64,000 nucleotides of DNA, from assembly GCF_009914755.1 (NCBI RefSeq), contig NC_060942.1. One strand, given 5' to 3'. The position numbers and the translations under genes are program-made. The stretch comes from the human T2T-CHM13v2.0 reference genome, Homo sapiens. The notes below the pieces were generated by a model. The model was given only the letters and a program-made list of their open reading frames with translations. It searched no databases and was not told the DNA's origin. Shown piece by piece: positions 12,849 to 26,900 of this stretch; position 1 is the first letter of the stretch; every line of letters begins with the position of its first letter.

Positions 12849-13176
12849 CAGGGGTCCCCAACCCCTGGGCCATGGACTGGTACTGGTCTAGGCCTGTCAG
12901 GAACTGGGCCACAAAGCAGGAGGTGAGGGGTGGGCAAGACAGCATTACAGCCTGAGCTCTGCCTCCTGGCAGATTGGTGGTGGCAATAGATTCTCATGGG
13001 AGTCCTATGAGAACTGCACATGTGAGGGATCTAGGTTGTGTGATCCTTATGAGAATCTAATGCCTGATGATCTGAGGTGGAACAGCTTCATCCTGAAACC
13101 ATCCCCTACCCTCTGTCCATGGAAAAACTCTCTTCCATGAAACTGGCTCCTGGTGCCAAAAGGTTGGGGATCGCTG
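12849..13176. mobile_element. MER1B hAT-Charlie MITE
   Basis: TIRs caggggtccccaacc / ggttggggatcgctg; internal gaatctaatgcctgatgatctgaggtgg; 8-bp TSD ctttacag/ccttagag (6/8). Confidence 0.92.
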
Positions 13177-13194
13177 CCTTAGAGGGTCCATCAT

Positions 13195-13425
13195 TATTTA
13201 ACATTTATAAATAACTTACCACATGCCAAGAACTGCCCTCAGCATTTAATAAGTATTAACTCACTTAATCCTCATAACAACTCTATGAGGTGGATGTTGT
13301 CACAACCCCTGTTTCACAAATAAGGAAACAGATGAGGTTTAAGTGATTGCCCAAGGCCTTACAGCTGGTAGGTGGCAAAGCAGGCTTTGAATCCAGCAGC
13401 CAGGCTTAGAGTCCGTGCCCTTCAC
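13195..13425 (-). mobile_element. MIR SINE
   Basis: aactcacttaatcctcataacaactctatgagg...gcccaaggccttacagctggtaggtggc. Confidence 0.85.
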
Positions 13426-13881
13426 CCTGCTTCTGTCTGCCTCTTGTTCATGTTCATTTATGTTCAAGATACATGAAGGCATAGGATTGCCCTTTTTCGG
13501 GTAACCCCAGCAGAGTTCCCCTAGGTTCCCTTCTGATCTCATGTCGGTGCCCAGGCTTTGGCATTTTACCAGGTGTGTTACTGACCAGTGAACTTCATAA
13601 ACGCCCTTGTCAGGAAGCTAGCTTCCTCCCGCTGCAGCCTTGCACTATGGAAAGAACAGTTGGCAGATCTGTTGGCCTGAGATAGCTGATCCAGAGGCAT
13701 GAAGCACAGCGGCCTGGGGAAGGAGCCATCATTCTGTTCAGAAGGGCTGTGTGTGCAGCAGAAACTCAGGATGTCCAGTCTCCAGCCAGATCCCAACCAT
13801 GTCTCCACCACTGCCCAGTGTGTGAACCTTGAATCGGTTGCTTAACTTCTGCATGCGGAGTTTCACAAGCTGTAAACCCAG

Positions 13882-14224
13882 TGCTATGGACTGAATATTT
13901 ATGTCCCTCCAAAATTCACATGTTGAAATCTAAGCCCCAAGGTGATGGAATTTGGAGCTGGGGCCTTTGGGAGGGTAAAGCCTTCATGAATGGGATTAGT
14001 ACCATAAAAGAGACTCCAGGGTGCTCCCTCACCCCTTCTGCCATGTGAAGACACAAAAAGATGACAGCCATCTATGAACCAGGAAGCAGGTCACTGGGCA
14101 CTCAATCTGCCAACACCTTGATCTGGACTACCCAGCCTCCAGAAGTGTGAGCAATAAATTCCCATTGTTTAAAAGCTACCCAATCTATGGTATTCTGTTA
14201 CGGGAGCCTGAATGGACTAAGTCA
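13882..14224 (+). mobile_element. MaLR solo LTR (MLT1A0-like) inserted in a MIR
   Basis: tgctatggactgaat...ccagcctccagaagtgtgagcaataaatt...ggactaagtca; TG..CA ends; 5-bp TSD cccag/ctcag. Confidence 0.9.
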
Positions 14225-15424
14225 CTCAGGAAACAGCACCTATTCCACCTTTCATTTGGGGAAGTCAGGATCAAATAATGATGATGATTGTGGAAGAACC
14301 TTAAAATTATACAGCAATATGTAAAATGTGAAGTTTTATTGCATTTGTACTATTATTGACTGTAGAAACACATGGCTGTGGGTTATGATCCAGGGGTCAT
14401 AGTGTTTGTATCTGAGCAAATGTCTCCCTGATTTTTCATCACTACCCAAGAGAGTGGAGCTAATATTTTAAGCTTTTGACTGAAGACAACTTTACAGAAA
14501 TTCTGCATCGTGTCATTCTAAAAGCCCAAAGAAAAGAAAAGAAAAGGCTACAGGCATCATCAAATTGAAAGTACTTGGAAAATGAAAATGGCAGTAGCTG
14601 GAAGAAGGTGTCAAGACATCAGCTTCACAGGGGTGGGGAATCCCTGTTTCCCTGTCCACAAAACACCTCCATCACAGCCCTTACCTTGTTGCCTGGTAAC
14701 TCAATGGAAAGAGCTCATTATTTTTACTTTGGTCTCTGTTCCCAGCATCTAGAACAGAGCCTACCCTATAGGAAGCAGGTCCTAAATGTTGAACGAAGGA
14801 AAGAATAAAAGGATGATGCTATCCCTAAGTTGGAAGGAGGCTGGGCAGAGAACGGGAGTTGTCAGTGAATGGGAGATCTGCAGGATTGCAGTGGGGCTCT
14901 GCCTGGGCCTTCATCTAAGGCTGGAGAAAGCTCAGCCCACACCCAAAGAAGCAGCCAGATTCTGTGGAGGGTCCTGATGGGCAGAGGACAGAGGGGGTCA
15001 TCTCTGTTGTCTGCATTCAGACATCCTTTTCCTTCAGCTCTTTGCCATGGAGCTGTCCTGCCCAGCCTTCTCTCTTACATCAAATCCATGAGTCCCAAGG
15101 GCTCACCAGCTCCCTGTTACCATTCTCCACTCCATGCCCGTACCTCATGCACATACTGCATTGATGCTTTTACTTTCTTTCCCAATCAGGTGCCCTCTTG
15201 TTGCCTTTTGATGCCCAGGACTTACAAAATCTTGTATTTGAGGCAAAGCCTCATGTCACACCTGCTACATGCCACCTTCTTCTTCTCCAGAGACCCACCG
15301 GGGCCCCTGCCCCAGCTTTATTTCTTCAGGGCCATCTTCCACTTTCCAGAATCTGAGATCAGCCACATGGGGCACTGCATGCCAGCTTAACTCAAGGATG
15401 TATTGGGAGGCTTGTTATGCAGTT

Positions 15425-16230
15425 CCAGAACATGAGCTCTGAAGTCAGACCACATGAGCTTGAATCCCACCTTTGCCACTTACTAGCTGGGTAACCTTGG
15501 GCAAGTCAAATGAACTTCTAGTTATTATTGATGCATAGCAAATCACCTCAAAATTTAGCAGCTTGAAATAACTACTGTATTGTACTCATGAATTTTGCAA
15601 GTTAGGAATTTGAACAGGTTGTGGTAGGTATGGTTTGTGTCTACTCCATACATCTGAGGCCTCACTGGGAAGACTTGAAACCTGGGAATATCTCAAAGAC
15701 TGGGGCTGGAATCATCTAAGCTCTTTCACTCACATGTCTGGCTCCTGGACTAGAATGACTCAAAGACTATGATCTGTGACTAGAGCATCTGTCTGTGGCT
15801 TCTCCATGGGGCTTGGGCTTCCTTACAACATGGCAGCCTCAGAGCAGTGGAACTTCTTACACAGAGGCTCAGTTCTCCAAGCCCTTGGGTTCCAGTGAAC
15901 AAAGTAGAAGTTGCCTGGTCTTTTATAGCCCAGCCTCAGAAGTCACAGAGCATCACTTTTTGCCATACTCTATTAGTAGATGCAGTCAGAAGCCCACCCA
16001 GATTCGAAGGGAGAGGATGTAGAGCCCCACCTGTCAATGAGAGGAGCATTAAAGAATTTAGGGTCTATGTTTTAAAAGCATTGCAACTCCTCTCAAACTC
16101 AGTTTTCTTATCTGTAAAGTGGAGATAATCATGCCTATCTTCTAAGGTTATTATAAGGCTTACATGAGATAAGGTATTTCAAGTGCTCAGTGCAGTGCCT
16201 GGCACCACTCAATAAATCTCAACTTTTATT
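15425..16230 (+). mobile_element. MIR split by MLT1H-like LTR
   Basis: 5' part to ~15518 (ctgggtaaccttgggcaagtca); 3' part from ~16085 (ctcagttttcttatctgtaaagtggagataat). Confidence 0.75.
15519..16083 (-). mobile_element. MaLR solo LTR (MLT1H-like)
   Basis: gcatagcaaatcacctcaaaatttagcagcttg...gggctggaatcatct...cagcctcagaagtcacagagcatcactt. Confidence 0.8.
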
Positions 16231-16329
16231 ATTAGAAGTAACATTAGCAACTAATGTTTGTCATTAGGAGTAAAAAGTATTTTCTGCATTCTTTGCATGG
16301 TAGGCATATGTGCCCAGCTTCATGCTTGG

Positions 16330-16600
16330 GGGTGTAAGGGAAGCCTAGAACCCATTCTCTGTTATCAGACTGGGGAAATAAGATGCATACATAACATAGT
16401 TATCAACCAAAAGTCAAATGATGTGACAGAGATTCACTATTGGCAAGTTCAGGAAAAGGAGAGAGGAGAGTAAGCTTATCTGGTCAGAGGAGGCTTTGCA
16501 GAGGAAGTGGGACTTGAATCGAATCTTGAAGGATTTAGGATAGACAGGAGGGAAAGAGGCAGAACTTCTGGGTAACACAGACTGACCTACAGGAAGACAG
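16330..16600 (-). mobile_element. L2 fragment
   Basis: ggtcagaggaggctttgcagaggaagtgggacttgaatcgaatcttgaaggattta. Confidence 0.6.
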
Positions 16601-16724
16601 AGACTGGGATGAGGTGACAAGTTCCTGAGACAATAAGGACACCAGCACCTTACAAGAGTGTTTGACCTCTTTTTGCTTCCTAATTGTAAAATAGGGATGC
16701 AAAAAAGTGTCCCAATAGTGGAAA

Positions 16725-16790
16725 TCCATCTGTCTATCTGTCCATCTAGCCACCCATCAACCCATCCATCCATCCATCCATCCATCCACG
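16725..16790. repeat. (TCCA)n microsatellite
   Basis: ccatccatccatccatcc units. Confidence 0.88.
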
Positions 16791-16864
16791 CATGCAATAT
16801 TGCCGAGCCCAGTTATAGATACAGAGGATATGAAGGTGAATAAGAGAACCTTAAGCAGTAAAGA

Positions 16865-17250
16865 GATTCACTGAGTATCATCTAAATGTCAGTTACTTTA
16901 CTAGGCATTTGATGTTCATTATTTGATGTTTATTTATTATTTGGGCTTCCTTACAATGTGGCAGCCTCAGAGCAGTGGAACTTCTTACACAGAGGCTCAG
17001 TTCTCTGTGTAACATAATAATATAATATAAATTATTATTATATTTTATAATATATTTAAATTATATATTTAAATTTTTAATATATAAATTGTTATTAAAT
17101 TATTATGTTATTAAATAAAAGAAGGCATTTTTAGCCCTGTTTAATAGATGGGAGAACACAGACTTAGAGTAAGCAATCTGACCAAGGATATTCCGTAGTC
17201 AGTGGTGAGGCTGCTATTTGAAACCAGGTGGGTCTGTCTCCAAAGTCCAG
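16865..17250 (-). mobile_element. MIR interrupted by a templated insertion and AT-rich filler
   Basis: MIR resumes at ~17125 (ccctgtttaatagatgggagaacacagacttagag...atttgaaaccaggtgggtctgtctccaaagtcc). Confidence 0.65.
17013..17120. repeat. AT-rich low-complexity tract
   Basis: Almost pure A/T: ataataatataaattattattatatttt... Confidence 0.9.
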
Positions 17251-18449
17251 GCTGTTTCCTGTGAACCATGTGGTCCCAGGAGCCCTCTATTGCTAGGTTC
17301 ACGGCACGCACAGACACTTTGATTCTTTAAGGTGACTGGAGGATTTCGGCTCTGCTGTCCTATATAGCTATGATGCTTGTGACCTACCAACAGGAAAACA
17401 TGTCTCATGTTTGGTTGCATTTCCCCTGAATGTGAGCCTCCTGCAGACAGAGACTGGTGTGCCTAATTCTGTACTACCACCACCCTGTGCCCCTCATCCC
17501 CACCAGAGACAGTGGTACTTTGCTGGGTATATTAATTTCAGTTGAATTTATCAATGGTGAAGCTGCATTTTCGTGAACCCATCCTCATTCTCAGCCCATC
17601 TTCACTGTGAACAGCAACTTGTTTGTAAGATTTACGTGCATGGGGCTGTGGAGCAGCAGGGAGTCCTAGGCTGTGGACGAACAAGGCTTGAGAGCCTCTG
17701 GGGGAATGAACCTCTGGCTTCAGTTGATTCTCCTGATTGTCCATAGACTTCAACTGTGGGTGAAGGGCATAAAGAATTGTCAGCCCAGAGCATTTTCTGT
17801 CTTTCTCCCTTCCTAGAACCCAGGGCACAGTGGATTCCTGTGTTCAACATCCTCATTGGTGGGCAGGAGACTTCCTCAGCTGATCCAACTCTCTGGGAGT
17901 GCACAAAATATGTGTCCTAGTGTCTCAGTGGATGTAGATGGCTGCTTTTGAGTACGCATTGTTACAATCATTGCTTAATATTCCAGTGGAGCCACCAATT
18001 CAATTATTGGTTGTATTTTTCTAAGTGTAGCTACACATCCCTCAGCCTTTCAGTGGAGGCACTAATCTCACGGGGCTTAAAGAGATTCAGGATGTGTGTA
18101 GTGTCAGTAACAGGGTCAAACTGGGTGGGTGTCTACCTATTAACCTTCCATTTTGGCAACCAAATGGCCATATCCAGCACATAAGGTGGGCCCTGGAACC
18201 TGTCACTATTAATATTGTCACTGATACAAGGTGACTGGGCTCATCTAAGCTATTTCAATAACAATATCACTATTGTTCAACCATAGAAGCAGCCAAATAA
18301 GATGTGAAGACTGGGGACCTGTTAGGATTGGGAAGCAGAGAGGGGATGGGAGAGAGGTTAGGGTCAAAAGTCTGTGTAGTGAAACGAGTTCTGGGCTAAG
18401 TAGAGTGGGTTAAAGGGCTCTGGGAAAAGCCTCTTGCATTTATGTTGTG

Positions 18450-18760
18450 CATTCATTCCAGCACACATCATTCATTCATCCAACAAGCATTTATTTGATT
18501 CTTAGGATGTTCTAACCCAATTTTAGGGATTATGCAGGGATATAAAAGGAATAATATTGCTTGATCTGCAAGTCTAGTTGGACAAGAGCACAAACAGTCA
18601 TAACACAAGGGAGAACATGTTAAGTGTCCTAAGAGCAGCATGCACTGCAGCGTGGAGAGTGTTCCAAGAAGGGACAAATTGCTTCAGCAAGAGGAAATCA
18701 TAGAGGACTTTTCAGAGGATTCTAAGGAAAAGATGTTTGCCTTAAAGAGCAACTGAAAGT
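18450..18760 (-). mobile_element. L2 3' fragment
   Basis: cattcattcatccaacaagcatttattt tail plus downstream L2-like sequence. Confidence 0.6.
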
Positions 18761-18893
18761 GCTCTACAAATAGCGGGTATTATATTTTATCTTCCCTGCC
18801 CACAAAAATGGTCATAACACCATCCCCGGTTGGAGTTGATTCTACCCTTTTTACCAGAAGCACTGACCTCGGTAACTTTGGCAAATATCCTAG

Positions 18894-18913
18894 ACACACA
18901 TACACATACACAG

Positions 18914-18953
<40 letters not shown>
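18894..18953. repeat. Compound (CA)n(GA)n microsatellite
   Basis: Direct reading. Confidence 0.95.
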
Positions 18954-20149
18954 GTAAGAAAACACCCTGGATGGGAAAGGGCTGTACATGTGAGGATAGA
19001 TCCCTGAGAGAATGTAGCCTCCAGGCTCAGGCTTAGCAGACAGTCCCAGGGCTCTGAGGCCATAGTACCTCTGTTCCTGGACCTTCCAGGCTCTAGCCAT
19101 GGCCAGCTGTGTCCTAGAGTCAGGCTGTTTGGCCATTAGAGAAAGTAGGGCAGGAGATGACCAGTCAGCTGTGTCTCCATTTTTCAAATGAGAAGATAAG
19201 GGCACAGAGAAGTGAAGGAGCTTGCCTGGGGTTTTGGGATTTGAACTAGTTTCAGGTTTTAACAATTTTTTTTTTGTTGGTTTTACTCCAAAGTCCAGAA
19301 AAAGATTGGCCAGTCCAGAAACTGGATTTTAAAATCCTCTCCCTGAAATTCCCAGTCCTTCTCCTCCTTCAGCTGTTGTGAGTCCTCCCTGTGATCTCTT
19401 CCAGCCCCCATCAACACCCAGCCACTGGCACATACTAGGGAGGGAAGTCATTGTGCTTCCCTCCCCAGTGCAGGGTGCCATTTACACCCGTTCCACAGTG
19501 TGCCCACCCCTCGCAGCTCTTGTCATGGGCCGTAGCTATGTGATTTGTGTGTGATTGTTGACAGCATCTGTCTCCTGTGCTAGACAGAAAGTTCTGTGAG
19601 GGTTGCCTCTGTTTCTCCAGCACAACTGAATGAAAAGTAGTGTCTCCTGGTCAGTGACTTTTAGGCCTCTCCATACAGAAATTCTGCCACAGAAGCCTAT
19701 CTCTGCTTGTCTGGGGAGACAGTCCTACCAGAGAATGGGGTGATATAGGATCAACCCTCCTCACTGCCAGAAGGATAGGTCCTAGCATGTACACTATTGA
19801 TCCAGAATGACCCATCTGAATGGTGGGAGCTGGGTAGAAGAGAGGCAGGGGAAGTGGAGGAAGCCAGGGAGATGAGGCCTGGGATATGGCAGTGTGCCAG
19901 GCTGATGGCAGAGGGCAAAGCATCCTGTGAGTGTGGGGCTAGGGTGACCATGTGCTAAAATTAGGGAAGGTCCCAGGGAATCTGGAGGGTGGCCATGCTA
20001 AGACAGGAACGACTCAGTGCGACTCAGTTTCAAAAACTTACACGAAACACTTCCTTGGGTGACTTTGAATCACATGCTTCTGTTATTAATTTTTCTGAGA
20101 ATGTGATTTAGCTCCAACAGCTTTTTAAGTGCAGGGCCTGTTTTATTAA

Positions 20150-20340
20150 ACTAAAAAGGTCATACTGGCTCCTACTGTGTACCAGACATTGGCTTTCCAC
20201 ATATGTTATCTTTTTAATCTTCACAACTGCTTGAGTAAGTAATATTATCCCATTTTTCAGATGAGGAAACTAAGGCTCAGAGGGGTTAAATAGCATCCCA
20301 AGGGGCTGGGATTTGAACCCATTTTGCCAGACTCCAAGAC
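20150..20340 (-). mobile_element. MIR SINE
   Basis: ttatcccatttttcagatgaggaaactaaggctcagaggggttaaat. Confidence 0.85.
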
Positions 20341-22714
20341 CTACAAAAGGGTCCAGGACAGGACTGGCTGGGTGAGAATATGCTATCAAGTCATGCTTAT
20401 CAGCAACAGACACCTCTCCACTGTCACCCTAAATCCATCCTCGGTAATAAGTCTTGCGCAAACTTGCCTGGGGTGGCCTGGCTGGAGCAGATCCCCTGGC
20501 TGGGGTATACTCTGTGGGGTTGCCTCTCAGTGCTGTTCCAGCTAGGCTTCCATGCCAGCCTTCAGTTCAGGAGGCGCCAAGACCCTCAAGGAAGGTCCTT
20601 GCTGGCTCCCGGTTCTGCTCAGCCAGCCTTTCCAAGCGCTCCCCATTCATCAGTCTCTCACTTCCAGAAGATGCATTTGGCAGCCGTTTCTCCCTAGGTG
20701 GGGTTGGGTAGAAGTGAGGGTAGATGTGAAGGAGAGGGTGGTTCTTGCCAAAATAGTCAACTGGGCTGCTCTGGATGAGGTTACTTGTAGGAAAATCTTT
20801 GAAAAATATTCTTAATCAGATTTGAAATACATCACTCCTAGAGGAGGACTGGGATTCTTTGGACCCTGGGGAGGCACATATCTGGGCTTGGGGTCAGGAT
20901 CCGGGTACCCTCTTCCCAGAAGGGAAAACTTTCTTTGAAAAGAAGGTTTCAGCTCATGGAACCATGACTGTTACCACCGGAAGAGACCTCGGTTCCCTGC
21001 TCTGTGGTGAGTGTCATTCCATTTCACTCTCATTCCATTTCACAGATGAACCCACTGAGGTAGGGAGGCCAGACCATCCTGACCTCAGGGAATTGAGGAA
21101 AACGTGCAGCTTCAAGGACCACTTCTGGGCTAGCGGCCAGAGCACTGGACAGAGACATAGAGAACAAGCCCTGTTTATTCATTAAATTGCCTGGATTTTT
21201 GTCCCAGTAGGATTTGGAGGCAGATACACTGTAAAATATGAATGGTTCCAGCACATTGTTCTCACTGTTTCTGTAAATAAAAAATACATGCCAAATAACC
21301 ACATCAGGCCCAGTTGTTTGATGGCCTCTCTCCTGATACTTAATTTCATTTCACGACATAAAATAAGGAGGGCAGTGAGGTGGGGGGAAGCGGACTTTTG
21401 TCAAAGTACAGTCTCATTGGTTAACACCTGAGGGGAAATGACTGAAAAGAACTTAATTCAAAAAATGCTTTAGGCACAAAGGAGCTTCTTCCAACCAGTA
21501 AGAGTCAGACAGCTATGGAGAGAGAGACATCAATAAATAATCAGCCAGCTTAGACTTTTAAATGGGAATCCCAGCCTCAGCACCCAAAGGTAAATTACAT
21601 CTTTTCCACCAGCCTCCAAGCAGGGCTTCATGCTTGTGTGGACTGGGAAACTTTGCTTGTTGCAAATGTAGCCTGACCTTTCTTTCTAACAGGAGAAATA
21701 TATCCTATTCATATATATCCTATATATATGCCACATGTTCCCTTTCATACATATATATGGAGAAAGGAAAAGTGTCCATCCTTAGAAACCCCGAACAGCA
21801 CTTTTGCCATCCGGTTTCACTGTGGTTTTGGTTTAAGGCACAAGTCTCCTGTACAAACATCACCTCTTGTAAATAGCTAGGGCAGGGTAGGATCTGGAGC
21901 AGGGGGAAGGAGGTGTCCAGATCCTGCCCCTGAGTCCCTGAGTCCCCCTGAGTCCCCTGAGATATGTGCCTCTCCAGGGTCCAAAGAGTCCCAGTCCTCC
22001 TCTAGGAGTGATGTATTTCAAATCTGATTAAGAATATTTTTCTGACCCTGCCCAGAAGAAACCAGCCTCTCCTGGACTTGATTTCACTTCCAAGGATATG
22101 GATTTGTCAGCGTGACAAGGGAGCAAGCCCCTTCCTGGGTGGGATTTGATCTCCACCTTCTGCTCCCTGGCCAGGGCCCCCTGCTTCCCAGGGCCTTGGT
22201 TGGCCAGCAGGTCCCGGGGCATCAATCACCGTCCACCAGTGTTTTATGAGGCCACTTCTGAACCAAAGAGCCAGCAAGGGGGTTTATGGAGCTGGCTCTT
22301 TCTGTCACAAACACTGTTTCTTATTGCTTGTCATTTTCTCCCAGACTGTTAACACCTCATCCCTCTAACAGCAAACTGCCCTGTGGGTCTTCCTTGGTGG
22401 AAAAGGCAAAGCATCCCATGAGCAAAGGCTGTTTCTCTGCCTGCAGAAAGCATACACTGCCTGGAATTTGGAGACAATGGCAGCTCTACATTCTTCTTCC
22501 TTGGCTCTTTGCTGTTGGGGTGGGTGGCTCCTCCCTGTGAGTTAGGGTCCCCATCTCAGAGTAGAAAGGAGAGCCCAGATGGGGAGAATGTGAGGTTTTT
22601 CTGGGGCTATCTTTCATAAGTGGTACAGTAAGAGAGCCCAGTGTTCTCAGCCCATGGGGCCTGCCAGGGAAGGGAGTCTGGAACCCAGGGGTTTGCCTGT
22701 CCTAGTTCACTGGC

Positions 22715-22962
22715 TAGTCAGAATTGAGATGTGCAGCAAAGGTAAAATACATATGGAGAGTTTCCAAGACTTAGTGCAGAAAAAGTAAAATAATAATTTT
22801 GAAATGTTGATTACATGTTGAAATGACAATAAGTTGGATATATTGGGTTAAATAAAATACAGTATTAAAATAAATCTCATCTGTTTTGTTTTGCCTTTTA
22901 AAATGGGACTATGAAGAAAATCTAAAATTACACATGGCTCAAATTATATTTCTATTGAACAC
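22715..22962. mobile_element. MER33-like MITE (opposite orientation to the 12.2 kb copy)
   Basis: aattgagatgtgc...gattacatgttgaaatgacaat...ttgggttaaataaaata...atttctattgaaca. Confidence 0.8.
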
Positions 22963-23029
22963 CATATGGGTCGTTTCATTATTCAAGGGGAGACACCAAA
23001 CTAAGATCAATGTTTCTACCTTGTCATTC

Positions 23030-23350
23030 TAACATGGTTTTATAATGAAATATATAAATACAAGAAGTATATATAACATATAGTGCAATTTAATATATAG
23101 TGAAGTGATCACCTTCCACCATCCAGTTTAAGCAACAGAAAAACCCAACATATTTGAAGGACTGTGTTCCCCTCTCTGACCACACCTCTCTCCATCCCTT
23201 ACCAGAGGCAATTGCCATCTGAATTTGCCCTGCCCTTATTAAATTATAATTTTTATTTTGAGAAATTATAAAAATTCAGAAAGTACCAAGAATTCCTAAC
23301 AAACACCTGTGTACAGTTGTATAGCATTGATCATTGTTAACAAGTTGTCC
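23030..23350 (-). mobile_element. Old L1M 3' fragments
   Basis: ttttataatgaaatatataaatacaagaagtat; ttttattttgagaaattataaaaattcagaaagtacc. Confidence 0.55.
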
Positions 23351-23594
23351 TGTTTGTTTCTCATTAAATAAAGTAATGAGGGCATTACAGATAAAGCTAG
23401 AGCTGTCTTTTAATTGCTGGCCAGCTCACTCCACTCCCAGGTGCTCAGCTGTATTTCTGCAGCAAGGTATTAGTGTATCCTCAAATGACAACTATAAGGT
23501 CAGCCACTTAGCTGACACCAGGCCCCAGAGGGTATAGCAGAGATTCTCATGAGCACATACCTCCAAGAAAAAGCAGATATAAAAAGTAGCTGCA

Positions 23595-23921
<327 letters not shown>

Positions 23922-26900
23922 TTACTTTATGGAATCATTGACCTTAGTTGTGGAAAGGCCATTAGAAATCAGTTACAATGGAGGCCAGAGAGGCTGAGTG
24001 ACTGATATGAAGTCACCAGCCAGGTATGTCAGAGCCTGGACTGCACCTGGGTCTCCCATCAAGCACTGAATTCAAGGTGAGCTCAGTTGCCAGCCGTGTG
24101 AATCATCTGAATCATGATACGCTTCACGCTAGACTTTCCAGGATAAGTGAGTGGAACTGGGGATTGAGCTTCCTAGGAGTGGAAGGTAAAGCAGAAAGCC
24201 CTTTCAGGTTGTTAAGAAACATTTTTCAAATATCTGGGTCCACTTCCCTTGACAGGAAGTCCCTACTGCTTGACATCACACGTCTTTCTTGGCTAATGAT
24301 GGAGCTTCTAGCCATTTCTCTGAAGACAGCAGTGCTCACTGTCTAATCTGTAACTGGAGGTGAAGGAGCTTCGACTACATCGGAGCCAAGCTTTGTTTAC
24401 ATCTTCTTTTAAAAAGAAATTCTTACTAAGTGTTTGATGACATTATTTTCTTGTAATTTGTTTCTGATCTAAATTGAAGTGATGCAAATATATACGTATA
24501 TTTTCCTAACCATCAGGAATATTGTTGAGTTCTAGTTTGTAGAGTTTCTACTGGAATGATACTCACCAGTGGTCTGACTCAGCCATGGAAGGAAGCCCTA
24601 CAAAGACAGGTGTGAGAATAAAAGGAAACTGTTTGCCATATTCTTTTCCAGGAGCAGACAATTGAGAGGCCTGGCTCATGGATGGGTTTGAACCACCTCA
24701 GGACTGAAGATGAGCGGCTCAGTTTCACTAACAACAAGAACAGTGACAAATTCCCTGCCCGGCCCAAGCTCTGTGGTCCTTATGCAGGTAGAGTCCTCAT
24801 GCTGAATGTTTGCAAGCTGACTCTTCAATAAGACCGTGAGCTCCTTGAGAAAGGAATTGGGTCTCTGTGCAGTGTATCACATCTACCTCAATGCTCTGCT
24901 TAGAGGAAGTGTTTGAAAATTTTTTGTGTGATAAATAATAATACTAATCCAGTTAAGATATACTGCCCTCGGTATGAAAAACTCTATCCCAAGGTGGAGC
25001 AGGTGAGTTGTGGTATGTGTTTTCCTTGTTCTGGACAAAGCAAAGTACTATGATACCAAAAGGGCCAAAATCAACATGGGGAGTTGTTTGCTCAGGAGGA
25101 GCGGGTGGGCTGGGGAGGGGAAGACAGGAGGAGAGAAAGAACGCACTTGTGCTGCAGAAACCTTGAAACAATCAAAGGCACAAATGCCTCTTTTTATAAA
25201 CACACACTGTGAGACAGATGTTTACCCAGGACAATCCAGAGAGTAAAAGCCAGCCAAAGCCAGAGGGATTCATGCTCCGCAAACAAGGGATTTCCTGGGG
25301 GAAGGAGTGGCAGGTAATGGGTTCTACAAATTTCCCCTCCTGATAACTACATCACAGACCGAGTCCAAAGAGACCGTTCTTCCTATTGAAACCTTATTTA
25401 AATACTGCCGCCTATCTTGGGCAGAATTGCCATCGTATTGGCTGGCTTAGGCTATTCTCTCAAAGCTTTATGAAATAAACACTCGAAAAAGAAATAACCA
25501 TGTCTCTGTGGGAGCAGGGGACACACCTCTCAGGGAATTTTCTTCCCAAAATGCGTCAGTAGTCAGCCTGTCCCAGTTCTGATCAGTGGCCTTCAAACAA
25601 GTAAAGATTGTAGAGAAAACAAGAGCAGTACCTCTTTAAAACAGCAAAAATACCATTTGTGCAGTGTGGATGCTTTTCAGCACGTTCATCATTATGTGAC
25701 TATTTAAATGAAACAACCACCGTGATAAAAGAGACCAACACTGTGGTTGCCTTTGCAATGATTGCTATGTTGGTCCCCTCGTGCTTATGTTCTCTCTCTG
25801 GATTCTTTTCAGGCATAGCAAAGGCCTCAGGAATGGGATCAGGGATTTCAAACGCTGGTCCACACATGGCCACAGTTTTCTGTGTGACTTTGGATGAATC
25901 AAGCCCCCCTTTCTGGGTCTCAGTTTTCCCACCTCTAAAGAGACTGCATTAGATTAAATGAACCCTGATGCTTTGCCTATTTTGAAATGCCAAGTTCTTT
26001 CTCTAGGAGTGGGCATACGTTTGTGCCCAGCTGTCCATTCCTATTCACCATCTTACCAATACTTTTTTTTTTTTTTTTTTTTTTCCGGGAGGGAGGCAGG
26101 TCAGTATTTCTTGTATGAGGTCTTAAAACCAAGCAAATTCTACTGGTCCATTTTCCTCAGGTAACTCAGTAAGCCATTCCTGCGTCAAATGTGACTGACT
26201 GCGTGAAACCAGCAAACTCCATATAGTTCAGGCCTCAAGGCAAGAGCTGCTGCTAAGAGCTGGAGTACTCCTTTTCAGATGGCTGAGATTGGCTTCTAGC
26301 ATCTCCATGGTGTCTAGCCAGCCATTCTTGTCCCCACAACCAGCCTGCACATCTCTTGGATTCAACTAGCATTTATCAGGCAGCTACTCTATGCCACACA
26401 CTGTACTCAGGACTAGAAATATAGAGAAAAACATCAGGACTCCTTGAGCTTACAGCCTCATGCAAAAACAAGGTTCTAAACCAGAAATTCACCCCAACAC
26501 AAGGTCACACAATGTGATAGAGCCCTGGGATGGTGGCTTTCAGAAAATTTTATGAAAAGCTAAAAGTATTTCTCTCCCATACTTATCTCGGAAAGAGGGG
26601 TTGTGGTTGGCAGAAATGGCATTAAGGTCAGTGAGAGGCAGGACTGAGCCTCTTGGAGAATGGCCAACCTTCCCTCCTCACTCCATGGGGGCCTTTTCAC
26701 TTTCACACCATACCTGAAAGATTCAGGAGCCCCTGCCCTTCAGGTAGGAGGGACCTGGGAGAAATAGCAATGGCCTCTGGACATTTCTGGCATGTTCCAT
26801 GTGGTCTGCTGCCAAATGTAGTGTGTGGTCGGACTGAGTACAGCTAGAGAGGTGGCATCTGGAGGGCATAAACAGTGTTTGCGCATGGTCTAGAGTGGAG

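Noticed and set aside
13612-13627. 16-bp perfect palindrome aggaagctagcttcct
   Set aside because: About one is expected by chance in 64 kb
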